A program made the position numbers and the translations under genes. DNA of 64,000 nt, taken from the NCBI GenBank assembly GCA_963703315.1, contig OY969811.1, forward strand, positions 3,008,001 through 3,072,000. The letters are read 5' to 3'. The DNA is from an uncultured cyanobacterium. Its GTDB lineage: Bacteria > Cyanobacteriota > Cyanobacteriia > Pseudanabaenales > Pseudanabaenaceae. Each line of letters begins with the position of its first letter. Position 1 is the stretch's first letter. This document shows positions 38,469 through 47,246 of the stretch, piece by piece. Below the pieces are notes generated by a model that searched no databases, was not told the DNA's origin, and saw only the letters and a list, made by a program, of their open reading frames with translations.

Positions 38469-40757
38469 ATGCAAGGTTTAAAGTTTTTTAAAGGATTTTT
38501 TCAAGTGCGTCATCTGGTGAAATTTGGCGCGATCGCCATGACCTCACTTTTGATAGTTCTATCACTGAGTGGACTATTTCCGCGATCGCTGGCTGCTCAA
38601 TCCACAGAAATCGCGATCGCCGTATCTGTCCCCCTAAGCGGTGATGGCGCAAGTGGTGGGCAGGAAATCGTCGATAGCGTCAAGTTATATATTGATGCGA
38701 CCAATCAGCAGGGCGGTATCAACGGTCGAAAAATAAAGCTATTACCTTTCGATGACAAAGGCAGTGCTGAAGCTGTGAAACAAGTTGCTCCTGAGATTGT
38801 TAAGAGTAATGCCCTAATTGTCTTGGGACATCGCTCCTCTGATGTATCGATCGCCGCAGGTAATATTTATCAAGAGGCAAAATTACCAGCAATTACTGGC
38901 ACTGCGAATAGTGAGCAAGTCACCAAAGATCGTCCTTACTATTTTCGGATGATCTATACCAATCCTGCCCTTGCCAAAACTCTATCGCTTTATGCACAGC
39001 AGGTTTTGCAGTTCAAAACCGCTAGCATTATTTACGACAGTGCCAGTAAAAATGAGCAGTCCCAATCGGAAGTGATTAAAGCTGCCTTTGAGACTAATGG
39101 CAATGGCAAAATTCAGCGTACTTGGGCGATCGCGGCTGACCCGAATAATCGTAAACAATCGATCCAGCAAATTGTTAATGAATTGGCGGCTGAACCTGAA
39201 GCGGGAATTATCTTTTTGACCTTGACTAAAGAAGATGTCGCTGAAGATTTACTGGTCGCGCTCAAACAAAAGGGAATTAAAAATCCGATCTTAGGCGAAC
39301 AAGCTTTAGGAAGAGAATCCTTTGCCAAGCGGTTTGAGAAATATGATGAAGAGAAGAATAACATTGGATTCTTTACCGATGGAATGTATGTGCCATTACC
39401 GATCTTGTTTGATAGTGCGGGTGCTGATGCTCAGGACTTTCTTGCCGCATATCAAAAAGCCTATGGCAAACCTCCCTCTTACTTAGGAGCTAAATTCTAT
39501 GAAGCCGCGATCGCCGCAGTCGATGCGATTCGGAAAGCTAATCCGAAATTAACTGATTTAAAGGGCGATCGCGAACAGGTACGTGCTGAACTTGATAAGC
39601 TCAACAATCGCAAAGTGGGACTGCGGGGTTTAACGGGTCTACTCTATTTCAATGCCAATCGCAACAGCGATCAGCCTGTCCGTCTAGCCCAGTTTGAAAA
39701 TCATCGTCTGGTTTCGGCGGCTCAACAGTTCACACCCGTAACTACGCCTGAACGTTTGGATTTAGCAAAGGAAACTCAAGCAGGCAGTATCGTCCAATCT
39801 GGCACACAGTATTTCTGGCGACAGCGTGTGGTTTACGCAGGGTTGGATATCAATAAACTGAATCGCATTGATAAAGGTAGCTATACGGCAGACTTTTATG
39901 TGTGGTTCCGCTATAACGGCAATGACCAACCGACAGAAATTCAATTTCCTGAAGCTGTTAGCAACAGCGTTAATCCCAATGCACCAGTATTTGATGCCAA
40001 AGCACCGATCAAAGCCGAATTGGTGAATGGATTGAACTATCGTCTCTATCGAGTACGTGGTGAGTTTCGGAATTCCTTCGACTTTCGCGACTATCCCTTT
40101 GACTCACAACGTTTAATCCTGCGCTTTGACAATCCTAATCTCTCAACGGAAAGATTGATCTATGCGATCGATACGATTGGACTAAAATTGCCGAAACCCG
40201 AAGCTCTAGAGCGTCTTCCATTTCAAGGGCTACAACTCTGGAATTTTAAAGATATTACCTACTTCCAAGATTCTTCAAGGGTTACTTCTACCCAAGGTGA
40301 TCCCGATCTATTTCAGTCCAATGCTCAAATTGAGTACCCCGGACTCAGTGTACGGATGTCCTTTCAGCGCAAAACTTTAGTGTTTTTGTCCAAGAATCTA
40401 CTGCCCCTGATTCTACTTTCACTATTAACTTACTGCTGCCTATTTTTCCCTTACACAATGTTTGTGCCACGCACGATGGCTCCCGCATCAGCATTGCTAT
40501 CGGGAATTGTGTTATTGCTTTCTTTTAACAATCAATTACCAGAAGTTGGCTACACAGTTGCCCTAGAATATGTGTTTTATGTCTATTTCAGTTTGTGTTT
40601 GCTACCAATTTTAGTAACGGTGATTGGCACAAAATTAGATAAAGATGGACATAAGAACGCATTCCGTATTCTGAATATTGGCTCATGGATTCTCTATCCT
40701 GCGATTATGCTTACCACGATCGCTAGTTATGCGATCGCCTACGGTAGCCGCCTTTAA
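38469..40757 (+). CDS. LivJ/K-type periplasmic binding domain fused to a pLGIC module
   Basis: N-terminal VPLSG..GGINGRKI..DD; C-terminal YTADFYVWFRY, FRDYPFDSQRL Pro-loop, then four TM helices with LPEVGY. Confidence 0.8.
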   Translation: MQGLKFFKGFFQVRHLVKFGAIAMTSLLIVLSLSGLFPRSLAAQSTEIAIAVSVPLSGDGASGGQEIVDSVKLYIDATNQQGGINGRKIKLLPFDDKGSAEAVKQVAPEIVKSNALIVLGHRSSDVSIAAGNIYQEAKLPAITGTANSEQVTKDRPYYFRMIYTNPALAKTLSLYAQQVLQFKTASIIYDSASKNEQSQSEVIKAAFETNGNGKIQRTWAIAADPNNRKQSIQQIVNELAAEPEAGIIFLTLTKEDVAEDLLVALKQKGIKNPILGEQALGRESFAKRFEKYDEEKNNIGFFTDGMYVPLPILFDSAGADAQDFLAAYQKAYGKPPSYLGAKFYEAAIAAVDAIRKANPKLTDLKGDREQVRAELDKLNNRKVGLRGLTGLLYFNANRNSDQPVRLAQFENHRLVSAAQQFTPVTTPERLDLAKETQAGSIVQSGTQYFWRQRVVYAGLDINKLNRIDKGSYTADFYVWFRYNGNDQPTEIQFPEAVSNSVNPNAPVFDAKAPIKAELVNGLNYRLYRVRGEFRNSFDFRDYPFDSQRLILRFDNPNLSTERLIYAIDTIGLKLPKPEALERLPFQGLQLWNFKDITYFQDSSRVTSTQGDPDLFQSNAQIEYPGLSVRMSFQRKTLVFLSKNLLPLILLSLLTYCCLFFPYTMFVPRTMAPASALLSGIVLLLSFNNQLPEVGYTVALEYVFYVYFSLCLLPILVTVIGTKLDKDGHKNAFRILNIGSWILYPAIMLTTIASYAIAYGSRL

Positions 40758-40758
40758 C

Positions 40759-40791
40759 TAAAAAAAGGAGGTGCGAAGCACCTCCTTTTTT
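40759..40791. terminator. Bidirectional terminator palindrome with a GCGAAGC core
   Basis: aaaaaaaggaggtgc-gaa-gcacctccttttttt. Confidence 0.85.
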
Positions 40792-41676
40792 TTAAACGGG
40801 TTTCTTATACCTTGTTAACCAACTAAAGAACAAAAGTGGCATGGAAACTGCCACTAAGGACTCTGCCCAGAAGAAGGATAGAAAATCAGTCAAACTACCA
40901 AGGGGAGGTACACCAGGTTGTAGATTGCGTACCGCAGGCAAGGCAAACAACATCCCTGCAATTAAGGTATACATCCCAAATTCAATGGGACGCGGCTGAA
41001 AAACGACAACTATAGTCATGATGAATACGACTAAACCAATGAGCCACATCGCAATCATCAAAAAGATGGAGAAAGATTTTGTAATCACCGATCGCGATAC
41101 TCTTACTCGAATCCCCATATAGCTATCGCTAGACTCAAATTCAGACTTAGGAATGTAATCAGCATCAATATTAAAGCCCGACAATGCTCCATAGAAATTG
41201 ATATTCATCGGAATATCTTCAGCTTCGTCTTTAGGGTTAGTAAAGAAGATATAAAAGTCAGAAGTATGGACATCAAAGGGATAGTCGCTAACTCTACCAC
41301 CGTATAGAGATACTGAGCCATTCACAGTTTCAGGAATGCGATTCTTTTCAAGGGTTACTTCCGATTTACCGCTTTCAATCCCTGTAAAAAACTTTAAATC
41401 TTGAGTTAGCCTACCATCCTTAGCAAATTTACCCTCTGGACTAGGCGCAAAGCGTAGATTTAGCTCACCTTTAATCGGATCGACTCCTAATAAACTTATG
41501 GCTAAATCGATACGATTGGCTGCTTTTTCATCACCAAAGGATTGATCTGCTGAGCGTTGAGTGCGATCGTTCTGATAGAAATATAAAGCACTAGAGAAAG
41601 AACCGATAAAAAGTGCCAAACAAACGATAATAATCAGAATCCTTTTGATCAAAAGTTTACGAGATGTTTCTTCCAT
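40792..41676 (-). CDS. pLGIC-related membrane protein (DUF4436-like)
   Basis: N-terminal TM helix, beta-rich domain with DYPFD, three C-terminal TM helices with LFALPAVRNLQPGVPPLG..D. Confidence 0.7.
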   Translation of the reverse strand: MEETSRKLLIKRILIIIVCLALFIGSFSSALYFYQNDRTQRSADQSFGDEKAANRIDLAISLLGVDPIKGELNLRFAPSPEGKFAKDGRLTQDLKFFTGIESGKSEVTLEKNRIPETVNGSVSLYGGRVSDYPFDVHTSDFYIFFTNPKDEAEDIPMNINFYGALSGFNIDADYIPKSEFESSDSYMGIRVRVSRSVITKSFSIFLMIAMWLIGLVVFIMTIVVVFQPRPIEFGMYTLIAGMLFALPAVRNLQPGVPPLGSLTDFLSFFWAESLVAVSMPLLFFSWLTRYKKPV

Positions 41677-41870
41677 ATAATTTTTTAGATTAAATCGTTT
41701 CAGATGCAATCATATAGCGCTTTCACTCGATCAGCCTTGAGACAAAATACTTGGAAGAAACTTCATTGCAGAGAAATTGCAATCAAAAAGCGAATGTATA
41801 ATGAAAAATGTTGGAGGTTTCTTCAATTTGGGTATCTTTAAGACCAGTTCCCTGAAGTGTGACCATAAAA

Positions 41871-41974
41871 TAAGTAGCTAGGCATAAGTAAACTTAAAAC
41901 CTAGAAGCTTGTGCCGCCCGCTACGCGGGCGGCACAAGCGCTGGTTTTGGGTTTTAACTATGCTGAGCTACTTA
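41871..41974. mobile_element. MITE-like element, family A
   Basis: TAAGTAGCTAGGCATA...TATGCTGAGCTACTTA; internal gcttgtgccgcccgc-tac-gcgggcggcacaagc. Confidence 0.75.
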
Positions 41975-41996
41975 GCAATGCTATTTTGTCGTTTGG

Positions 41997-42099
41997 TTAC
42001 AGCACTAAGCGCTGAATGAAAACCCAGAGAAATTTTTGAAAGCGCCGCGAAGCGGCGCTTTCAAAAATTTCTCTGTACTAAAGGCTTAAAAGGCTGTAA
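41997..42099. mobile_element. MITE-like element, family C (TTACAGC...GCTGTAA) with a 24-bp-arm GCGAAGC palindrome
   Basis: cagagaaatttttgaaagcgccgc-gaa-gcggcgctttcaaaaatttctctg inside short inverted ends. Confidence 0.6.
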
Positions 42100-42174
42100 G
42101 TACCTAGATGATAAACATTTCCAAGATATTCCTTCAAATAGTTCACTAAACATTTTTAGTGGAGGTCTAGCCTG

Positions 42175-45100
42175 ATGAATCACTGCCAAACGAACATTCA
42201 TCCTCATGACAACTTGGTTGCGGAGATTATGGATGGTTTTGATGATGTCGTCTGGTCAATGACCTTACCCAATCTCACACCACTATATTTCAATGCCACT
42301 GCTGCCGAGCTTTATCAATGTAGTAATGATTATTTGCAGGACAGTAGTTGTCTATGGCTCGATCGCATTAACGTTGATGATCAGCCGAAAATGCAACAGG
42401 CGATCGCCCAAGCTCAATACTCAGGTTCATCGCAAGTTCGGTATTGCATTCATGAATCAAATGGAGACAGATGTTTTTTAGCCCGTTTAAAAATATTTAA
42501 AGATGCGTCAGGAATGCCCATTCGCCTAGATGCGATCGCCACCGAAATTACCGAAATTAAAGAGAATCATCCAGTTGAGTATCAATATCAACAAACAGAA
42601 GAAATTCTCTTGCATGGTGAGAGGCGTTATTATGACATGATCCAAAAACAAAGTGATTTTATTCTGCGATCGTTGCCAGACACGACGATTACCTTTGCCA
42701 ATGAATCTTTATGTGAGGTACTAGGAAGTAGTCTAGAAGAAGTAATTGGCAAAAAATGGATTGATTTTGCTGATCCCAATGACTTACAAACTATTTTGGC
42801 TCATTTGTCGATCATGAGTCCAGAACAATCAAGCTTTATTGCCGTAAATCGCGATCGTCGTGCTAATGATCAGATTGGTTGGACTCAATGGATCAATCAA
42901 GGCTTTTTTAACCAACAGGGAGAACTAGTTGGGATTCAATCGGTGGGGCGAGATATTACCGATCTCAAACTATCAGAGCTAGCCCTCAAACAACTTAACG
43001 AAGAACTAGAGATACGGATCGAGCAGCGTACTGCGGAATTGCGACAGAGCGAAGCTCGTAATCGCGCAATTCTCCATGCTCTGCCCGATCTTTTACTATT
43101 GATTAAACCTGATGGCACTTGCATCCAATGCATCATGCCTACAACTCAAGATAGGAATAAATATTTACCAATTCATCACCACCTCTCTGAAGTATTACCT
43201 CTCGAAGATCTCCAAGTTCAGACCACCCTATACAAGGCAGCGATCGCCACAGGTGAAGTTCAAATCTATGAACATGAGATATTTAAGTATGGTAAGAAAG
43301 TCTATGAGGAGGTACGAATCGCCCCTTACTGTGATGATGAGTTACTGGTGATTGTCCGTGATATCACTGATCGTAAATTAGCCGAAGCCAATCTGCTCAA
43401 AAGTGATAAGCATCTCAAAGCGGCTCAGCGTATTAGTAAACTCGGCAGTTGGGAACTTGATCTCCTCACAGAGGATGTCGTCTGGTCAGAGGAAGTGTTT
43501 CGCATTTTTGGACGTGATCCTCAGATTGCTACACCAACCTATCCAGAATTACGAAAATATCTACATCCCGATGATTGGGATCGGTTTAATCAAACTGTGC
43601 AAACAGCGATCGATACCGCGCAATCCTACGACATTGAATATCGTATTTTCTGGACTGATGGCACATTAGTTTATGTCTTAGCTAGAGGCGAAATAATTTG
43701 TGATGCGATGGGCAAAGCTATCCAAATCATCGGCACGGTCATGGATATTACTGATCGTAAAGTCGCGGAGCAGCAACTTCAAATCGTTACCGATCGCCTG
43801 ACACTAGCCTTAAAATCAGCCTCCATTGGCATTTGGGAATGGGATATTGCCAACAATCGTCTGATTTGGGATGCGCGAACCTATGAGCTATATTGTGTTA
43901 ACCCAGATACATCAATCGATGCTTATACAGCATGGGCAAGTCGTATTTATCCTAGCGATCTGGAACTTGCTGAGACTGAAGTTCGACTAGCTTTAAGCGG
44001 GGAAAAAGATTATGACCATGAATTTCGGATCGTGCTACCTGATGGCAGTATTCGCTATCTTAAAGCCTATGCTTCAGTCCAACGAAACGAGGAGGGCTTA
44101 CCGCAGAGGATGCTCGGTATTAACTTTGATATTACTGATCGTAAATTAGCGGAACAAACGCTTATTAAAAGTGATACTCATCTAAAAATTGCCCAGCGCA
44201 TTGGCAAGGTCGGCAGTTGGGAATACGAAATCAATACGGGAAATCTCACATGGTCGGATGAGATTTTTCGGATTTACGGACTTGAGCCTAGTAACTATCC
44301 ACCCAATTATGATGATTTAAAGGTATATATCCATCCCGATGACTGGGAGCATTTTCACCAAACCGTCCAAAATGCGATTAATTTTTCCCAATCCTACGAT
44401 CTCGAACATCGCATAATTCAGCCTAATGGCACATTGATCTATGTGCTGGCGAGAGGGGAGATGATCTACGATGCATCAGGTCAATTAACCCACATCATCG
44501 GCACAGCGATGGATATTAGCGATCGCAAACTCATTGAAAAACAGCTTCAGAGCGTAACCGATCGCCTAACTCTCGCCGTAAAGTCCGCCGCGATCGGTAT
44601 TTGGGAATGGGACGTTGTTAACAACATTCTCATTTGGGATGAACGGATGCATGAAATCTATGGAGTGCCATTTACTTCATCTACTAATACTTATGAAACT
44701 TGGGCAAATAGCTTGCATCCTGATGATCGGGTAAACGCCGAGTCCGTAATACAACTATGCGTACAAGGAGAAAAAGATTTTGATATTGAGTTTCGGATCA
44801 TCCTAGCTGATGGCAACATTCGCTATATCAAAGCTTTTGCCTTGTTACAGCGTAACCATGAGGGAGAAGCACAAAAGATGATTGGGATTAACTTTGATAT
44901 TACCGATCGCAAATTGGCGGAAGCAGAGTTACACCGTAGTCACGATTTACGCGAAGCTCTGTTCAATGAATCTACGGATGCGATGTTTTTGGTCGATCCT
45001 GAGACGGTACTGACGACCGACTGTAACCACACAGCCGTCAGATTATTTGAAGTCTCCCATCCATCAGAACTCATCGGTATCGAAGGACATATACTTCAGC

Positions 45101-46008
45101 GCACCCAGTTTTCTGACCAAGAACTCCAAGATATTCAGTTAGAGCTTGAAACCCAAGGTTTTTGGAGCAGTGAAGTTGAATATGTGAGTCGTCAAGGTCG
45201 CACTTTTTGGGGAAATCTTGCCGTTAAGCCGATCACAGTGGCGGGAAAGACCATCAACCTTGTGCGAGTGTCCGATATTAGCGATCGCAAACTTGCCGAA
45301 GCCAAAATTGTCCAAACAGCAAATCAGTTAGCCAATACCAATCGCGAATTAGAATCCTTTTGCTATTCCGTCTCCCATGATTTGCGAGCGCCTTTGCGTC
45401 ACATGAATGGATTTGTCAATGCTTTACAACAAAGACTAAACCACCATGAAGCTCTGAGTGATCCTAAAGTTATGCATTATCTCGAAGTGATTAACAAAAG
45501 TAGTCAGAAAATGGGGAATTTAATCGATGGATTACTTACCCTATCTCGCTATGGACGGCGACCCCTAGAGTCTCAGCCCATATCCATCCGCGCCCTCGTT
45601 GATGAGGCGATCGAAATTATTAGTACTGACCCTAGTCATAATCCCCTCGTAGAGTTTGCGATCGGTGATTTACCGAAGGCAATAGTGGGTGATCCGACAT
45701 TGTTACAGCAGGTTTTTCTCAACCTAATTAGCAATGCCGTCAAATTTAGCCGCCACCAGCCTCATCCTTACATCGCAATCAACAGTTTGCCCGATGGCAC
45801 AATCTGCATCAAAGATAATGGAGTGGGCTTCCAAATGGAATATGCGGATAAGCTCTTCGGTGTTTTTCAACGATTACATAGTGAAGTAGAGTTTGAAGGG
45901 ACGGGAATTGGCTTAGCGATCGTGCAGAGGATTATTCAACGTCATGGAGGATCCGTTTGGGCGGAGGGATATCCCGATCAAGGGGCAACTTTCTTTATCA
46001 AACTTTAA
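42175..46008 (+). CDS. Multi-PAS sensor histidine kinase
   Basis: About eight PAS/PAC repeats, SVSHDLRAPL H-box, FQRLH and GTGIGL motifs. Confidence 0.93.
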   Translation: MNHCQTNIHPHDNLVAEIMDGFDDVVWSMTLPNLTPLYFNATAAELYQCSNDYLQDSSCLWLDRINVDDQPKMQQAIAQAQYSGSSQVRYCIHESNGDRCFLARLKIFKDASGMPIRLDAIATEITEIKENHPVEYQYQQTEEILLHGERRYYDMIQKQSDFILRSLPDTTITFANESLCEVLGSSLEEVIGKKWIDFADPNDLQTILAHLSIMSPEQSSFIAVNRDRRANDQIGWTQWINQGFFNQQGELVGIQSVGRDITDLKLSELALKQLNEELEIRIEQRTAELRQSEARNRAILHALPDLLLLIKPDGTCIQCIMPTTQDRNKYLPIHHHLSEVLPLEDLQVQTTLYKAAIATGEVQIYEHEIFKYGKKVYEEVRIAPYCDDELLVIVRDITDRKLAEANLLKSDKHLKAAQRISKLGSWELDLLTEDVVWSEEVFRIFGRDPQIATPTYPELRKYLHPDDWDRFNQTVQTAIDTAQSYDIEYRIFWTDGTLVYVLARGEIICDAMGKAIQIIGTVMDITDRKVAEQQLQIVTDRLTLALKSASIGIWEWDIANNRLIWDARTYELYCVNPDTSIDAYTAWASRIYPSDLELAETEVRLALSGEKDYDHEFRIVLPDGSIRYLKAYASVQRNEEGLPQRMLGINFDITDRKLAEQTLIKSDTHLKIAQRIGKVGSWEYEINTGNLTWSDEIFRIYGLEPSNYPPNYDDLKVYIHPDDWEHFHQTVQNAINFSQSYDLEHRIIQPNGTLIYVLARGEMIYDASGQLTHIIGTAMDISDRKLIEKQLQSVTDRLTLAVKSAAIGIWEWDVVNNILIWDERMHEIYGVPFTSSTNTYETWANSLHPDDRVNAESVIQLCVQGEKDFDIEFRIILADGNIRYIKAFALLQRNHEGEAQKMIGINFDITDRKLAEAELHRSHDLREALFNESTDAMFLVDPETVLTTDCNHTAVRLFEVSHPSELIGIEGHILQRTQFSDQELQDIQLELETQGFWSSEVEYVSRQGRTFWGNLAVKPITVAGKTINLVRVSDISDRKLAEAKIVQTANQLANTNRELESFCYSVSHDLRAPLRHMNGFVNALQQRLNHHEALSDPKVMHYLEVINKSSQKMGNLIDGLLTLSRYGRRPLESQPISIRALVDEAIEIISTDPSHNPLVEFAIGDLPKAIVGDPTLLQQVFLNLISNAVKFSRHQPHPYIAINSLPDGTICIKDNGVGFQMEYADKLFGVFQRLHSEVEFEGTGIGLAIVQRIIQRHGGSVWAEGYPDQGATFFIKL

Positions 46009-46216
46009 TACCAAAACTAAAAATGGCTACGCTGTTTTTAGTTTTAAAAACCATTTCCGAGTTTTATATCTATAGTCAATTATGTTAGGACAAAACCAAA
46101 ACCCAAAAGAGAGTTGCGGCGCTTCGCGCCACAACTCTCTTTTGGGTTTTATGTCTTAACTTGCTTGGCTATGGCTATAATTCACGAAATTGTTATTACA
46201 CTTTCGTGAATTGGTA
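46009..46216. repeat. Nested palindromic MITE-like elements: outer TACCAA...TTGGTA shell, inner family B at 46071-46179
   Basis: Inner TTAGGACA..aaaacccaaaagagagttgcggcgc-ttc-gcgccacaactctcttttgggtttt..TGTCTTAA. Confidence 0.65.
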
Positions 46217-46273
46217 CAAAACTTAGTGGCACAAAGCGCCTCTAAATCCTCAGAAAATTTATGATCAAAATAT

Positions 46274-46711
46274 ATGGAACCAACGCAAATTTTGCTGGTC
46301 GAGGATGATCCTAATGATGTTGAGCTAATCCAAATCGCCTTGGATAGCTATAACTTCGTTAACAAAATTGATGTCGTCTCAGATGGCGAACAAGCCATCC
46401 ATTACTTATTCGGACGTGATGGACAGCCGCCCACACAGCCATTACCACGGTTAGTTTTATTAGATCTCAAATTACCCAAAATTAGTGGCATTCAAGTTTT
46501 ACAGGCAATTCGCTCATCCCTCCGCACTCGCCATCTAGTCGTTGTGGTCATGACCTCATCCGCCGAAAACCGCGATCTCAAAGCTTGCTACGATCTGGGA
46601 GTCAATAGTTATATCGTCAAGCCATTAGATTTTCAGCAGTTTGTCGAAATGTCACGTCAGGTCGGCTTTTATTGGATGATGCTCAATCAGATCCCCATGC
46701 TCGAGCAGTAA
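46274..46711 (+). CDS. Single-domain response regulator (Rcp1-like)
   Basis: LLVEDD, LLDLKLP and NSYIVKP motifs. Confidence 0.93.
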   Translation: MEPTQILLVEDDPNDVELIQIALDSYNFVNKIDVVSDGEQAIHYLFGRDGQPPTQPLPRLVLLDLKLPKISGIQVLQAIRSSLRTRHLVVVVMTSSAENRDLKACYDLGVNSYIVKPLDFQQFVEMSRQVGFYWMMLNQIPMLEQ

Positions 46712-46732
46712 AGAAGATTTTTGGTCGGTGAG

Positions 46733-46787
46733 TCGTTAATCCCAAAGCACAAAATGGCGTAGCCATTTTGTGCTTTGGGATTAACGA
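46733..46787. repeat. Perfect 26-bp-arm palindrome with a GCGTAGC core
   Basis: tcgttaatcccaaagcacaaaatggc-gta-gccattttgtgctttgggattaacga. Confidence 0.9.
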
Positions 46788-46975
46788 GAAAATCATCAAA
46801 ATATAAGGTTAAATTAAGGGATAGCGCGGGAATAAGCTAGTATTTTTATTGAGGCACTAGTAATTTAAGTATTTTTTCATATATACTTTGGTAAATAGAA
46901 ACTATTGCCTCATGATCAACCAAGCATTTAGGATTACACAATTGCTTGGGAATAATCCATACTAAATAAAAGTCT

Positions 46976-47159
46976 TAGGGCTTACATGATCAATCTCTCT
47001 AGGAACGATTCATGGATCGTTCTTAAGTAAGTAGGCGAATTAAAGATAAAACCCTAAAAGCTTTGGCGATCGCGCAGCCACAGCTTTTAAATCTGTTTTT
47101 TAATTATGCCGAGGTACTTAGAGAGAAAAGGCTCTCATGTTATTTCTGTGTAAGTCCTA
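46976..47159. mobile_element. MITE with IS701-like ends, containing a nested family A element (47024-47120)
   Basis: TAGGGCTTACA...TGTAAGTCCTA ends resemble the IS at 3888; 5-bp duplication AGTCT on both sides. Confidence 0.8.
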
Positions 47160-47246
47160 AGTCTAAAGAAGGATAGTCGCCTTAGCAAGCTAACACTTTT
47201 TTAGATATTTTCTGATTCAAGCCAGCATAGCTAGTTAGAAGAAAAC

